From: an uncultured Actinomycetes bacterium
GTDB lineage: Bacteria; Actinomycetota; Acidimicrobiia; Acidimicrobiales; AC-9
NCBI GenBank assembly: GCA_963731255.1
Contig: CAVSUO010000003.1
Span: 139,100 to 203,099, forward strand
DNA length: 64,000 bases
Reading direction: 5' to 3'
Positions 9,738-18,569 of this stretch are shown here, piece by piece. A model generated the notes under the pieces. It was not told the origin of the DNA and made no database searches. It saw only the letters and a list, made by a program, of their open reading frames with translations. The stretch's first letter is position 1; each line of letters starts with the position of its first letter. A program made the translations under genes and the position numbers.

Positions 9738-11325
9738 ATGCGAGCACCGTTCACGAGGTCTGCCCTGGCCCTGGCGGCTGCCCTGGCGCTCGTGCTGACC
9801 GCCATCGCCGCCGCGCCGGCTTCTCCGGCATCGACCTCTTCCTCGCCCCGGGTCCTTCGCGTCGGCTCCTGGAAGGGGATCCCCGGCCCCTACAGCTCGA
9901 TCCAGGCGGCCGTCAACGCGGCGCGTCCGGAAGACTGGATCCTGGTCGGACCGGGCGACTACCACGAGTCGGGCTCGGCCGACCCCGCCCATCCCGCCGG
10001 TGTGCTGATCACCACACCGGGCATCTACCTGCGGGGAATGGATCGCAACAACGTCGTCGTCGACGGCACCAAGCCTGGATCCCCCGGTCGCTGCCCCTCA
10101 GGAGCCCAGTACCAGTCGACGCCATCGACGGGGCGAAACGGGATCGATGTCTACAAAGCCAGCGACGTCTGGGTCCAGAACCTCAGCGTCTGCAACTACC
10201 TGACCAACGACAAGGGCGAGCAGGGCAACGAGATCTGGTGGAACGGCGGCGACGGTGATCCCACCATCGGGATGGGGAGTTACTGGGGTGACTACCTCAC
10301 CGCCACGTCCACGTACTCCAACGGCGTGAACCCTCCGTTCGGCGACTACGGCATCTTCGCCTCCAAGGCCAGCGGACCGGGCGTCATCGACCACAGCTAC
10401 GCCTCGAACATGGGTGATGCCGGCTACTACATCGGGGGCTGTCAGACCAACTGCAACACGGTGGTGCGAAACGCCCACGCCCAGTACAACGCGCTCGGCC
10501 TACTCCGGCACCGACTCGGGCGGAAGCCTGGTCATCGAGCACTCCGAGTTCGACCACAACAAGACCGGGATCACCAGCGACTCGGAGAACAACGACGACG
10601 CCCCCTCGCCGGCGGACGGCAGCTGCCCGAACGGAGCCCCGGGGCCGGTGGGCGGCCACTCCTGCGAGGTCTGGCACGACAACTACATCCACGACAACAA
10701 CAATCCCAACGTGCCCGGCAACGCCACCAACGGCCTGGCCGGGGCCGCCCCCATCGGCACGGCGATGGTGCTGGCCGGAACGAGGAACGTCACCGAGTAC
10801 CACAACACGATCGTGAACAACGGGGCCTGGGGAACGCTCATCGTCGACCAGCCCTACATGGGGACACCTCCGCCGTTCGCCCAGTGCCAGGGAGGGATCT
10901 ACCTGGTGCCGGGGCAGGACTGCTACTACCAGGCCTTCGGCAACCAGGTGTTCGACAACACCTTCCGGCACAACGGCTTCTACGGCAACCCGACCAACGG
11001 GGACATCGGGCTCGTCGCGCTTCCCCACGACCCCGGCAACTGCTTCAAGGGAAACACCGATCCGGCCGGGCTCACGAGCGATCCGCCCGACATCCAGAGT
11101 CCCCCGTACAACCCCTGCGGCCAGCCCAACGCCGGCGACGAGGGACCGTTGACGGCCGAGGTGCTGTGCGCCACCCAGCTGTTGGCGCCGTGCCCCAGCC
11201 TCCCGGGCGCCAGCTACCCGCGTGCCACCCACGTCGTGCTGCCGCCGGTCCCCCGCCAGCCCACCATGCCGAACCCGTGTGCCGGCGTGCCGGCGAACCC
11301 GTGGTGCCCGGCGCGGGCCGGCTAG
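9738..11325 (+). CDS. Secreted right-handed beta-helix (PbH1) repeat protein, frame-broken near 10499
   Basis: Signal peptide MRAPFTRSALALAAALALVLTAIAAAPASPA. Beta-helix-type repeats: GDAGYYIGGCQ, IEHSEFDHNKTGI, HDNYIHDNNNPN, YHNTIVNNGAWG, GNQVFDNTFRHNGFYGN. The N-terminal part is in the 9738 frame and the C-terminal part in the 10414 frame. The junction reads AQYNALG/YSGTDSGGS if one c is removed at ggc-c-tac (~10499). Confidence 0.65.
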
Positions 11326-11362
11326 ATTCGCCACCAGGCTCGAGCCAAAGGGGAGACCTCCG

Positions 11363-12511
11363 GTGACGGTCATCGATGCCGACACGCATCTGTACGAAGG
11401 GCGCGACGTCTGGGCGGCGCACGCCGATCCTGACCAGCGCCACCTGGCCCTGCGGATCGCCGACGACGATCGCGGCCACGCCTGGCTGATGCTCGGGGAC
11501 CGCCGCATCCACCTGGCCGAGGTCCACCACCCGGGCGACGTGACGAGCATGGGCCACTACAGACGGCGGGTCCGAGAGGGGCTGCCAGCGGAGGTGCCGT
11601 ACGACGAGGCCCTTCCCCGCCACTTCTGGGATCCGGCCGTCCGGCGCGACCGCCTCGACGAGATGGGGCTCGACGAAGCCGTGGTCTTTCCCAACTTCGG
11701 GCTGCTGTGGGAACGCCACCTGGCCTCGGACCTCGAGGCGACGAAGACCAACATGGCGGCGTGGAACCGGTGGGCCGTGGCCGTCGCCCAGGAGGGGCGG
11801 GGCCGCCTCCACCCCGTCGCCCACCTCAGCCTGCGGGACCGGCCCTTCCTGGAGGACCAGCTGCGGCAGATGGCGGCGGGCGGGCTGCGGCTGGCGATGA
11901 TCGCCCCCGCCCTGGTGGACGGCATGCCGTTGTCGCATCCCGACCTCGACTGGGCGTGGTCGGCGTTCGAGGACCACGGGGTCACTCCGGTCTTCCACGT
12001 CGCCAACTTCCCCCAGCCGTTCCACGAGGGGTGGTACACCGGCGACCCTGACGACGTGGCCCCCGTGCTGTCGTCGGTGTTCATCTGGACGCCACCGGCG
12101 CTGGCCCTGGCGGACCTCGCCGTCAACGGTGTGCTGGCTCGGCACCCGCGCCTCAGGGTCGGTGTCATGGAGCTGTCGGCGATCTGGGTGCCCATGTTCC
12201 TCCTCATGCTCGACGGCGGGTTCGACTTCCATGCCCGGTTCAACGGCCGCCCGCTGCACGATCTCGACCTGCGCCCGAGCGAGTACATCCGGCGCCAGGT
12301 CCGGGTCGCCGCCTTCGGCTACGAGCGGCCCGACCGGCTCATCCACCAGGCCGGCGAGCTCTTCATGTTCTGCAGCGACTTCCCCCACGCCGAGGGCCTC
12401 GCCCGTCCCCTGGAGGACTACCGGGGCCTGTGCGGCCCGGTCGAGGAGGCGGCCACGGATCGCCTGTACGGCGGCAACGTGGCCTGGCTGCTCGGCGCCG
12501 ACGCGTCCTGA
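11363..12511 (+). CDS. Amidohydrolase-2 family metal-dependent hydrolase (TIM barrel)
   Basis: GTG at 11363 preceded by aaagggga. N-terminus VIDADTHLYEG and C-terminal FCSDFPHAEG resemble the PF04909-type amidohydrolase pattern. Confidence 0.65.
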   Translation: MTVIDADTHLYEGRDVWAAHADPDQRHLALRIADDDRGHAWLMLGDRRIHLAEVHHPGDVTSMGHYRRRVREGLPAEVPYDEALPRHFWDPAVRRDRLDEMGLDEAVVFPNFGLLWERHLASDLEATKTNMAAWNRWAVAVAQEGRGRLHPVAHLSLRDRPFLEDQLRQMAAGGLRLAMIAPALVDGMPLSHPDLDWAWSAFEDHGVTPVFHVANFPQPFHEGWYTGDPDDVAPVLSSVFIWTPPALALADLAVNGVLARHPRLRVGVMELSAIWVPMFLLMLDGGFDFHARFNGRPLHDLDLRPSEYIRRQVRVAAFGYERPDRLIHQAGELFMFCSDFPHAEGLARPLEDYRGLCGPVEEAATDRLYGGNVAWLLGADAS

Positions 12512-12607
12512 CGCCCGAGGTGATCCGCGGGCCGGATGGGACGGTGAGGTTAGGCTCTCCACCCATTTGGGGGATAACGGGAAGTGGAGTGCTCAGAGGG
12601 GAGCGCC

Positions 12608-12973
12608 ATGGAAGCAACAACCCGACTGAGCCCACATCCCACGAGCGCCCGAGCGGCCAGAGAGTTCGTGGCCGAGACGCTGCTCCGGTGGGGGCGCCCC
12701 GACCAGACAGAGGCGGCGGTGCTGCTGACCAGCGAGCTGGTGACCAATGCCATCGTGCACGCCCGCACGCAGGTGGCGGTGACCGTGCACCTGGATGACG
12801 CCAGCCTGCGGGTCGTGGTCGTCGACGAGAGCGCCGAGCCGCCCAACCGCCGGGACGGGGCCGACCACCACCTGGGAGGAGGTAGGGGGCTGCGGCTCGT
12901 GGAGGCGCTCGCCGCCTCGTGGGGCGTTTCCCCGGAGGGTCACGGCAAAGCGGTGTGGTTCGAGCTGGCCTGA
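12608..12973 (+). CDS. RsbW/SpoIIAB-like anti-sigma regulatory factor (HATPase_c serine kinase fold)
   Basis: LLTSELVTNAIVHA (N-box-like) and GGGRGLRLVEALAASWGV (G-box-like) in a ~120-aa protein. ATG at 12608 follows aggggag. Confidence 0.6.
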   Translation: MEATTRLSPHPTSARAAREFVAETLLRWGRPDQTEAAVLLTSELVTNAIVHARTQVAVTVHLDDASLRVVVVDESAEPPNRRDGADHHLGGGRGLRLVEALAASWGVSPEGHGKAVWFELA

Positions 12974-12974
12974 C

Positions 12975-13658
12975 TCAGGTGAACAGGCCCTGGCGCAGCG
13001 CGGTGGCGATGGCCTGAGCCCGGTCGTTCACTCCGAGCTTGCGGTAGATGGACCGCAGGTGGGTCTTCACCGTCTCCTCGCCCACGACCAGTTGGGCGGC
13101 GATCATGCGATTGCTGAGACCGTCGACGAGGAGGCTCAGGACCTCGCTCTCGCGCTGGGACAGACCGAGCTGGCTCCCGGGCCAGATCCGGCCGCTGCCG
13201 ATGTGGGCGGCCCGCATGGCGATCTTGGTGGCCATGGTGGGGTCCACGACCACCTCGCCATTGCGTACCCGCACCAGATGATCGGCCAGCTGGACGCCGG
13301 AGGTCGACTTGAGCAGGTAGCCGGACATGCCCATGCGCAGCGCCTCGAAGAGCCGGCGCTCCTCGGCGTCGTCGGTGAAGATGACCACCCGGAAGGGCGG
13401 CTTGTCGGCCACTATCTCCGCCGCGACCTCGAGCCCGTTGGTGCCGCGGATGTTGATGTCGAGCAGCACCACGTCGGCGTCGAGCTCCTGGGCCTTGGCG
13501 CTCACGTCCTTGGTGAGGAGGACACCGCCGGCCAGCTCGACCCGGTCAGGGTGGCGGGCCAGCATGCCCTGCAGGCCCTCCATCACGATCTCGTCGTCGT
13601 TGACCAGCACGACGCGCACCGGCCGCCCGCCGGTCTCTCCCGGTTCGGTCGCCGTCAC
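12975..13658 (-). CDS. NarL/FixJ (LuxR-type) response regulator, canonical receiver
   Basis: The receiver has VLVNDDE (acidic pair), VVLLDINIRG (phospho-acceptor Asp), VVIFTDD (Thr) and GYLLKS (Lys). C-terminal LuxR HTH: LSQRESEVLSLLVDGLSNRMIAAQLVVGEETVKTHLRSIYRKLGV. The GTG start at 13658 overlaps the upstream stop (GTGA). Confidence 0.85.
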   Translation of the reverse strand: MTATEPGETGGRPVRVVLVNDDEIVMEGLQGMLARHPDRVELAGGVLLTKDVSAKAQELDADVVLLDINIRGTNGLEVAAEIVADKPPFRVVIFTDDAEERRLFEALRMGMSGYLLKSTSGVQLADHLVRVRNGEVVVDPTMATKIAMRAAHIGSGRIWPGSQLGLSQRESEVLSLLVDGLSNRMIAAQLVVGEETVKTHLRSIYRKLGVNDRAQAIATALRQGLFT

Positions 13659-14347
13659 TGGAACACGCCCGCTTGCGCCAGGCGGGCCAGCGCCTGGGGC
13701 CGGTCCCGCACGTTCAGGCACCGGTAGGCCGAGCGCAGATGGCTCTTGACCTCGATCTCGCTCATGCCCAGGCGGCAGGCGACCATCGTCGTGCGGTCGC
13801 CCCGAGCGACCAGCTCCAGCACCTTGCTCTGCTGCTCGGTGAGATCGAGCTGGGCGCCGGCCCACTGCCCACGCGACCCGAGGTGGTCGAGCCGTCTCTC
13901 GGCGCCCGCCACGCCGGCATCCACCACGATGGCGCCGTCGCCCACCCGTTCGATCTGCTCGACCAGCTCCTCGCCGCCGATGGTGATCAGGAGGAAGCCG
14001 GCGGCGCCCCGCTGGAGGACCGGTTGCGCGAACCGTGCCTCGTCCGGCCGGGCCAGGACCACGACACGATGATCTCCCCACGCCGTGGCCACCCGGTCCA
14101 CCTCGTCGAGGCCGTCTCCTCCGCCCAGGCGGGCGTCGAAGATCACCAGGTCGGCGGTCGCCCTGCCCTCCTCGGCCAGGGCGTCGGCCACGCTGGCGCC
14201 CTCCCCGGTCACCCTCACCCGGTCCTGATAGGGGCGAAGCACCACCGTCACACCCGTGCGGACGATGTCCCGGTCGCTGACGATCAGAACCCGGACGGGC
14301 CTGGCGGCACGCTTACGGCGCACCGGAGACCTCCGGTGCGGACGCAT
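13655..14347 (-). CDS. LuxR-type response regulator with degenerate receiver domain
   Basis: ATG at 14347 (MRPHRRSPVRRKRAARPVRVLIVSD). The receiver keeps the Asp in LVIFDARLGG but has VVVLARPDE (no Thr/Ser) and GFLLITIG (no Lys). LuxR HTH: LTEQQSKVLELVARGDRTTMVACRLGMSEIEVKSHLRSAYRCLNV. Confidence 0.75.
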   Translation of the reverse strand: MRPHRRSPVRRKRAARPVRVLIVSDRDIVRTGVTVVLRPYQDRVRVTGEGASVADALAEEGRATADLVIFDARLGGGDGLDEVDRVATAWGDHRVVVLARPDEARFAQPVLQRGAAGFLLITIGGEELVEQIERVGDGAIVVDAGVAGAERRLDHLGSRGQWAGAQLDLTEQQSKVLELVARGDRTTMVACRLGMSEIEVKSHLRSAYRCLNVRDRPQALARLAQAGVFQ

Positions 14348-14574
14348 CGAGGAAGGGGCATGGCGATACCAGCGCTGCTGGAACGGCTGCTGCTGCCATG
14401 GCGGCCCTTCGCCTCGGGCACTGCGCGACGCGGAAGTCCAGATCCCCAATATCGGGGCTAGCGCACCTCCACCAGTGCGACTCAATACCAGAGTACCGAG
14501 GCCCGGCGCAGGTTGCTCGGTCTCCCGGCGGCCCATCGGCACGGACCCCGACGCCTCGGGTTACCATCCCGGTG

Positions 14575-14964
14575 ATGGACATCGAGGGCGTCCGTGGCCA
14601 GCTCGCTGCCGAGCACGATCGGCTCCAGGCGCTGCGTGACGAGTTCATCGAAGGCGGCCTGACCTCGCAGTCGGAGGAGGACAGCCTGGCCGAGCTCTCC
14701 TCGTCGGCCCAGCACCAGGCCGACATCGGGACCGAGACGTTCGACCGGGAGCGCGACGTCTCGATCCTGGAGCAGGTGGAGGCCGAGCTGGCCGACGTCG
14801 AGCTCGCTCTCCGGCGTCTCGACGACGGCACGTACGGGACGTGCGAAGCCTGCGGCCGCGTCATCGGCGACTCGCGGCTGGAGGCCAAGCCCGAGGCCCG
14901 GTTCTGCCTCGACGACCAGGCCAGGGCCGAGCGCGACGTGCGGGGCCCATCCCGATCGTCGTAG
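14575..14964 (+). CDS. DksA/TraR-family zinc-finger protein
   Basis: Coiled-coil-like N-terminal part followed by GTCEACGRVIGDSRLEAKPEARFCLDD (CxxC-x17-CxxD). ATG at 14575. Confidence 0.7.
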   Translation: MDIEGVRGQLAAEHDRLQALRDEFIEGGLTSQSEEDSLAELSSSAQHQADIGTETFDRERDVSILEQVEAELADVELALRRLDDGTYGTCEACGRVIGDSRLEAKPEARFCLDDQARAERDVRGPSRSS

Positions 14965-15939
14965 TGCGGCGCCTGCGGGCTGGCTCCGTGGGCGAGCGTC
15001 TACGAGCCGTCGGCCCGACAGTGGCCAACTACCTGCGCCGGTATGTGTTCGCGCCGCGCTATCGACCCCACGAGCGGCTGAGCCTGGCGAGTGCCGACGG
15101 CACGCGCCTGTCGGCGGCCCGCCTGGAGGGACCTTCCTCGGCGCCGGCGACGGTGGTCCTGGTGCACGGCTTCGTCAACTCGTCGCGCACCCCCGCGATC
15201 CACGACTTCGCCCGCCGTCTGGCCCGAGTGTGTGCACGTCATCGTCCCCGATCTCCGGGGACACGGCCGGTCGGGCGGTCGCTGCACGATGGGCGTGGAA
15301 GAGCCGGAGGACGTCGCCGCGGCTGTCGCCGCCGCCGCGCCGGGGCTGCCCGTGGTGACCGTGGGGACGAGCCTCGGTGGCGCCTCGGTGCTGCTCCATG
15401 CCGGCAGGTTCGCGGGGGTGGCCGGCACGGTGGCGATCAGCGCGCCGGCCTGGTGGGGGTCGTTCGAGCGCGAGGGCTCTGACCGGGTTCGTCGCTGCAT
15501 CGGCTCCCCGGTCGGCCGCACGGTCCTCGGGGTGTTGCTGCGGACCCGGGTCGTCTCGAGCTGCGAGGGTGTGCCCGACTCGAGCGAGGTCGTCGGCTCG
15601 ATCTCGCCCGCGTTCACCATCGTGGTCCACGATCCCGACGACCGGTACTTCGGTCCTGAGCACGCCGAGCGGCTCTACGACTGGGCCCGTCAGCCCAAGG
15701 ATCTCTGGTGGTACCCCGGTGCCGGCCACGGCACGGATCTGCTCACACCCGAGCTGGCCGAGCGGTTGCTCCTGGAGATCGACGTCCGCCTACGGCCGTC
15801 GGGCGCCCTCACCACGGCAGCTGTCCCTGCGCGGGGCCCGGATCTGCACCACGGCGCCGGCGGGGCGAGGGGGTGGGCGCAGAGGCAGGCGGCTCGACAT
15901 CACCTGGCGCGTCGAGGTCGTCCATCCCCTTGGCCATGA
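14964..15939 (+). CDS. Alpha/beta-fold hydrolase, frame-broken near 15224
   Basis: VVLVHGFVNSSRTPAIHDFARRLA is in the 14841 frame. It continues as ECVHVIVPDLRGHGRSGG...VGTSLGGASVLL...YPGAGHG in the 15091 frame, with an extra base at gcc-c-gag. The start (GTG 14964, overlapping the dksA-like TAG) and the 3' end are uncertain. The 3' 130 bp overlap the convergent gene. Confidence 0.6.
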
Positions 15940-16384
15940 GGTAGCCCCGCGCCCGCTCGGATCGGGGGTAGCGGCTCACGATGGCCCAGAAGTCCCGGTT
16001 GTGGAGAGGGATCTCCAGGTGGGCGAGCTCGTGGACGACGACGTAGTCGAGCACCCAGCCGGGCAGGCCGGCCAGACGGGTCGAGATGCGGACCGAGCCG
16101 TCCGCCGGGGTGCAGGACCCCCACCGCGACTGCTGGTTGTCCACCCAGCGGACGCTGCGGGCCGGAGGCAGCCGGTAGCGGGCGGCGAGGGTCTTGGCCC
16201 GGCGCTGGAGATCGACGCTCTCGGCCACCGCCTTCCGCCCCATGCGACCGACCATCTCGGCGACCCAGCGCTCTTCCTCGGCCTTGGTCATCGTCGAGGG
16301 GATCGACACCCGCAGCACGTCGCCCACCTGACGGGCCTGCACCGTGCGCCGGCGCCGGGGGCTGCGAACGACCTCCACCTCCAC
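15809..16384 (-). CDS. DUF45/YgjP-like (M48-related) zinc metallopeptidase
   Basis: GTG at 16384 gives VEVEVVRSPRRRRTVQARQ..., the typical DUF45 N-terminus. HELAHLEIPLHNRDFW is the HExxH-type motif. Confidence 0.7.
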   Translation of the reverse strand: MEVEVVRSPRRRRTVQARQVGDVLRVSIPSTMTKAEEERWVAEMVGRMGRKAVAESVDLQRRAKTLAARYRLPPARSVRWVDNQQSRWGSCTPADGSVRISTRLAGLPGWVLDYVVVHELAHLEIPLHNRDFWAIVSRYPRSERARGYLMAKGMDDLDAPGDVEPPASAPTPSPRRRRGADPGPAQGQLPW

Positions 16385-16468
16385 GGCGGGGAACCTACCG
16401 CTCCCAACGGGCCGGCGGGGGCGATGGGCCGGTAGCCTCGCGGCCGTGCGGGCCGGTCCCGACCGGTC

Positions 16469-17344
16469 GTGACGAGCACCGAGCGTGGGAGGACACCGAC
16501 GATGGCGCTGCCGCTGGACAAGCTGGGGACCGTCTTCGAGGAGCGAACCGCGGTCATCGACGGCGAGCGCGCCAAGGCATATGCCGCCGCGACCAACGAC
16601 GACAACCCCGCCTACACCTCCGGCAAGTACGCCCCGCCCGTGTTCGGAGTGGTGCCCACCTGGGAGGCCATGGGCCTGGCGGCGACCATCGTTCCCTCGG
16701 AGGCGGTGATGATGATCGTGCACGGCGAGCAGGACATGCACTTCCACCAGCCGCTCGTGCCGGGCCTCGAGATCACCACCCGCGCCGAGGCGTACAGCAT
16801 CCGCGTCGTCAAGTCGGGGACGCGGTACGCCATAAAGGTGGTGAGCACGACACCCAGCGGCCAGCCGGTGCTCGACCAGTACGTCACGATGTTCGTTCGC
16901 GGAATGACCGACGGGGAGAGCGGCGGCCCGGACAAGCCCGACCACACCTTTCCTCGCGACGCACGATCGGCGCCCGTCGGTGAGCACACCGTGCACGTCG
17001 ACGAGGACCAGACGTTCCGGTATCGGGACGCGTCGGGGGACATGATGCCGATCCACGTCGACGACGCCTTCGCCAAGAGCGTGGGCCTGCCGGGCATCAT
17101 CGCCCACGGGTTGTGCACCATGGCCATGACCAGCCAGGCCGTGGTCAAGCTGGGGGCGGACGGGGATCCGAGTCGCGTGCGGCGGCTGGCCGTGCGCTTC
17201 GCCGGCAACGTCTTCCCCGGCGACGACGTGACGACGACGGTCTACGACGCCGGCACCGCCGACGGTCGGCGGGTCTACGCCTTCGAGGCCACCAGCCGTG
17301 GCGATCGGGTGATCACCCACGGTCGCGCCGAGGTCGGCGCCTGA
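16469..17344 (+). CDS. MaoC-like double hot-dog (R)-specific enoyl-CoA hydratase/dehydratase
   Basis: 291 aa with two hot-dog halves. The second half has FRYRDASGDMMPIHVDDAFAKSVGLPGIIAHGLCTMA, the MaoC dehydratase motif. Confidence 0.75.
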   Translation: MTSTERGRTPTMALPLDKLGTVFEERTAVIDGERAKAYAAATNDDNPAYTSGKYAPPVFGVVPTWEAMGLAATIVPSEAVMMIVHGEQDMHFHQPLVPGLEITTRAEAYSIRVVKSGTRYAIKVVSTTPSGQPVLDQYVTMFVRGMTDGESGGPDKPDHTFPRDARSAPVGEHTVHVDEDQTFRYRDASGDMMPIHVDDAFAKSVGLPGIIAHGLCTMAMTSQAVVKLGADGDPSRVRRLAVRFAGNVFPGDDVTTTVYDAGTADGRRVYAFEATSRGDRVITHGRAEVGA

Positions 17345-17374
17345 GGGCCGGCCGGTGCGGGCCGCGCCGCGACG

Positions 17375-17620
17375 GTGATGGTCGCGCTCCGTCTGTTCGC
17401 GGCGGCGAGAGAAGCGGCCGGCACGGGCCGCGCCGAGATGAGCGGGCACACGGTCTCCGAGGTGCTGGCCGAGGCCCGTGAGCGGTTCGGCGACGATTTC
17501 GCCCGGGTGCTGGCCACGAGCCGCGTGTGGGTCAACGGACAGCCTGTCCACGACGACAGCCCGCTCTCGGCGACCGACGAGGTCGCCGTGCTGCCTCCCG
17601 TGTCGGGTGGAGCCGCCTGA
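17375..17620 (+). CDS. MoaD/ThiS-family sulfur-carrier protein
   Basis: 81 aa ending ...DEVAVLPPVSGGAA. Beta-grasp carrier pattern with a Gly-Gly followed by two extra Ala. Confidence 0.6.
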   Translation: MMVALRLFAAAREAAGTGRAEMSGHTVSEVLAEARERFGDDFARVLATSRVWVNGQPVHDDSPLSATDEVAVLPPVSGGAA

Positions 17621-17636
17621 TCAGCTCGGGTGGCCG

Positions 17637-18057
17637 TCAGCCCTTCTTGGTCTCCCAGAAGATCTTGTCGATCTCGCCGATCTGGTCGAGCAGGTTCTCG
17701 CGCGACCTTCTCGTCGGTGCTGGCCTTCGAGGCCCCGGCCGCCTTGGTCGCATTCCAGAACAGCTCGTGCAGCTGGGGGTACTTCTCCAGATGCGGCGGC
17801 TTGAAGTAGTCCGTCCACAGCACCCACAGGTGATGCTTGACCAGTTCCGCCCGCTCCTCCTTGATGGCGACCGCCCGCGTCTTGAAGACGTTGTCGTCGG
17901 AAGCGTTGAACTTCTCCATGATCGCCTTCACCGAGTCGGCCTCGATGCGGGCCTGGGCCGGGTCGTACACGCCGCAGGGCAGGTCGCAGTGGGCGTGGAC
18001 CGGCTCGGGGGCCGAGATGCGGTCGACGAGGGCCAGAAGACGGGAGGCGATTCGCAT
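17637..18057 (-). CDS. sodN: Nickel superoxide dismutase precursor, frame-broken near 17700
   Basis: The leader MRIASRLLALVDRISAPEPVHA is followed by the Ni-hook HCDLPCGVYDP. HHLWVLWTDYFKPPH is present. The C-terminus ENLLDQIGEIDKIFWETKKG-stop lies in another frame (stop tca at 17637-17639). RBS aaggag lies upstream of ATG 18057. Confidence 0.85.
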
Positions 18058-18149
18058 GAGGAAGCTCCTTGGGAGAGACGCTCGGTGGGCTCGATGACTC
18101 CAATTCCGCACCTAGTTACCCTACCGCCGGCCCCGCGAAGGAAAACACC

Positions 18150-18557
18150 GTGACCTGGGGGAGGCTGGCGGCCAGGGCGGCGGCGGGGGCGGCGACCGTC
18201 CTCGCCGGTGCGGTCGCACTGCGTTCGGTGCGGCGGGTGGAGGTCACGGGCGCCAGCATGCGTCCGACGCTGGAGCCCGGCGACCGTCTGCTGGTCCTCG
18301 CCGGGCGTCGGATCCGCGCCGGGGACCTGGTGGCCCTGCCCGATCCTCGGGAGCCGGCGCGGACCCTGGTCAAGCGGGTCGGCCTGGTGGACGGGGTCAA
18401 GCTGACGGTGCTCGGTGACGACCCCTCGGCCAGCACCGACAGCCGCAGCTTCGGCCCCGTTCCCAGGAGAACGGTGCTGGGACGGGCGATCTACCGTTAC
18501 GGGCCGAGCGGGCGGGCCGGACCCATCGAGCGGGGCGGCGGGCCACCGCGCCGCTAG
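18150..18557 (+). CDS. sodX: S26-family Ni-SOD maturation peptidase
   Basis: VEVTGASMRPTLEPGDRLLV (catalytic Ser motif) and KRVGL...GDD...STDSRSFGPV (signal peptidase I boxes). Divergent from sodN. Confidence 0.75.
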   Translation: MTWGRLAARAAAGAATVLAGAVALRSVRRVEVTGASMRPTLEPGDRLLVLAGRRIRAGDLVALPDPREPARTLVKRVGLVDGVKLTVLGDDPSASTDSRSFGPVPRRTVLGRAIYRYGPSGRAGPIERGGGPPRR

Positions 18558-18569
18558 GGTGACCCTTCG

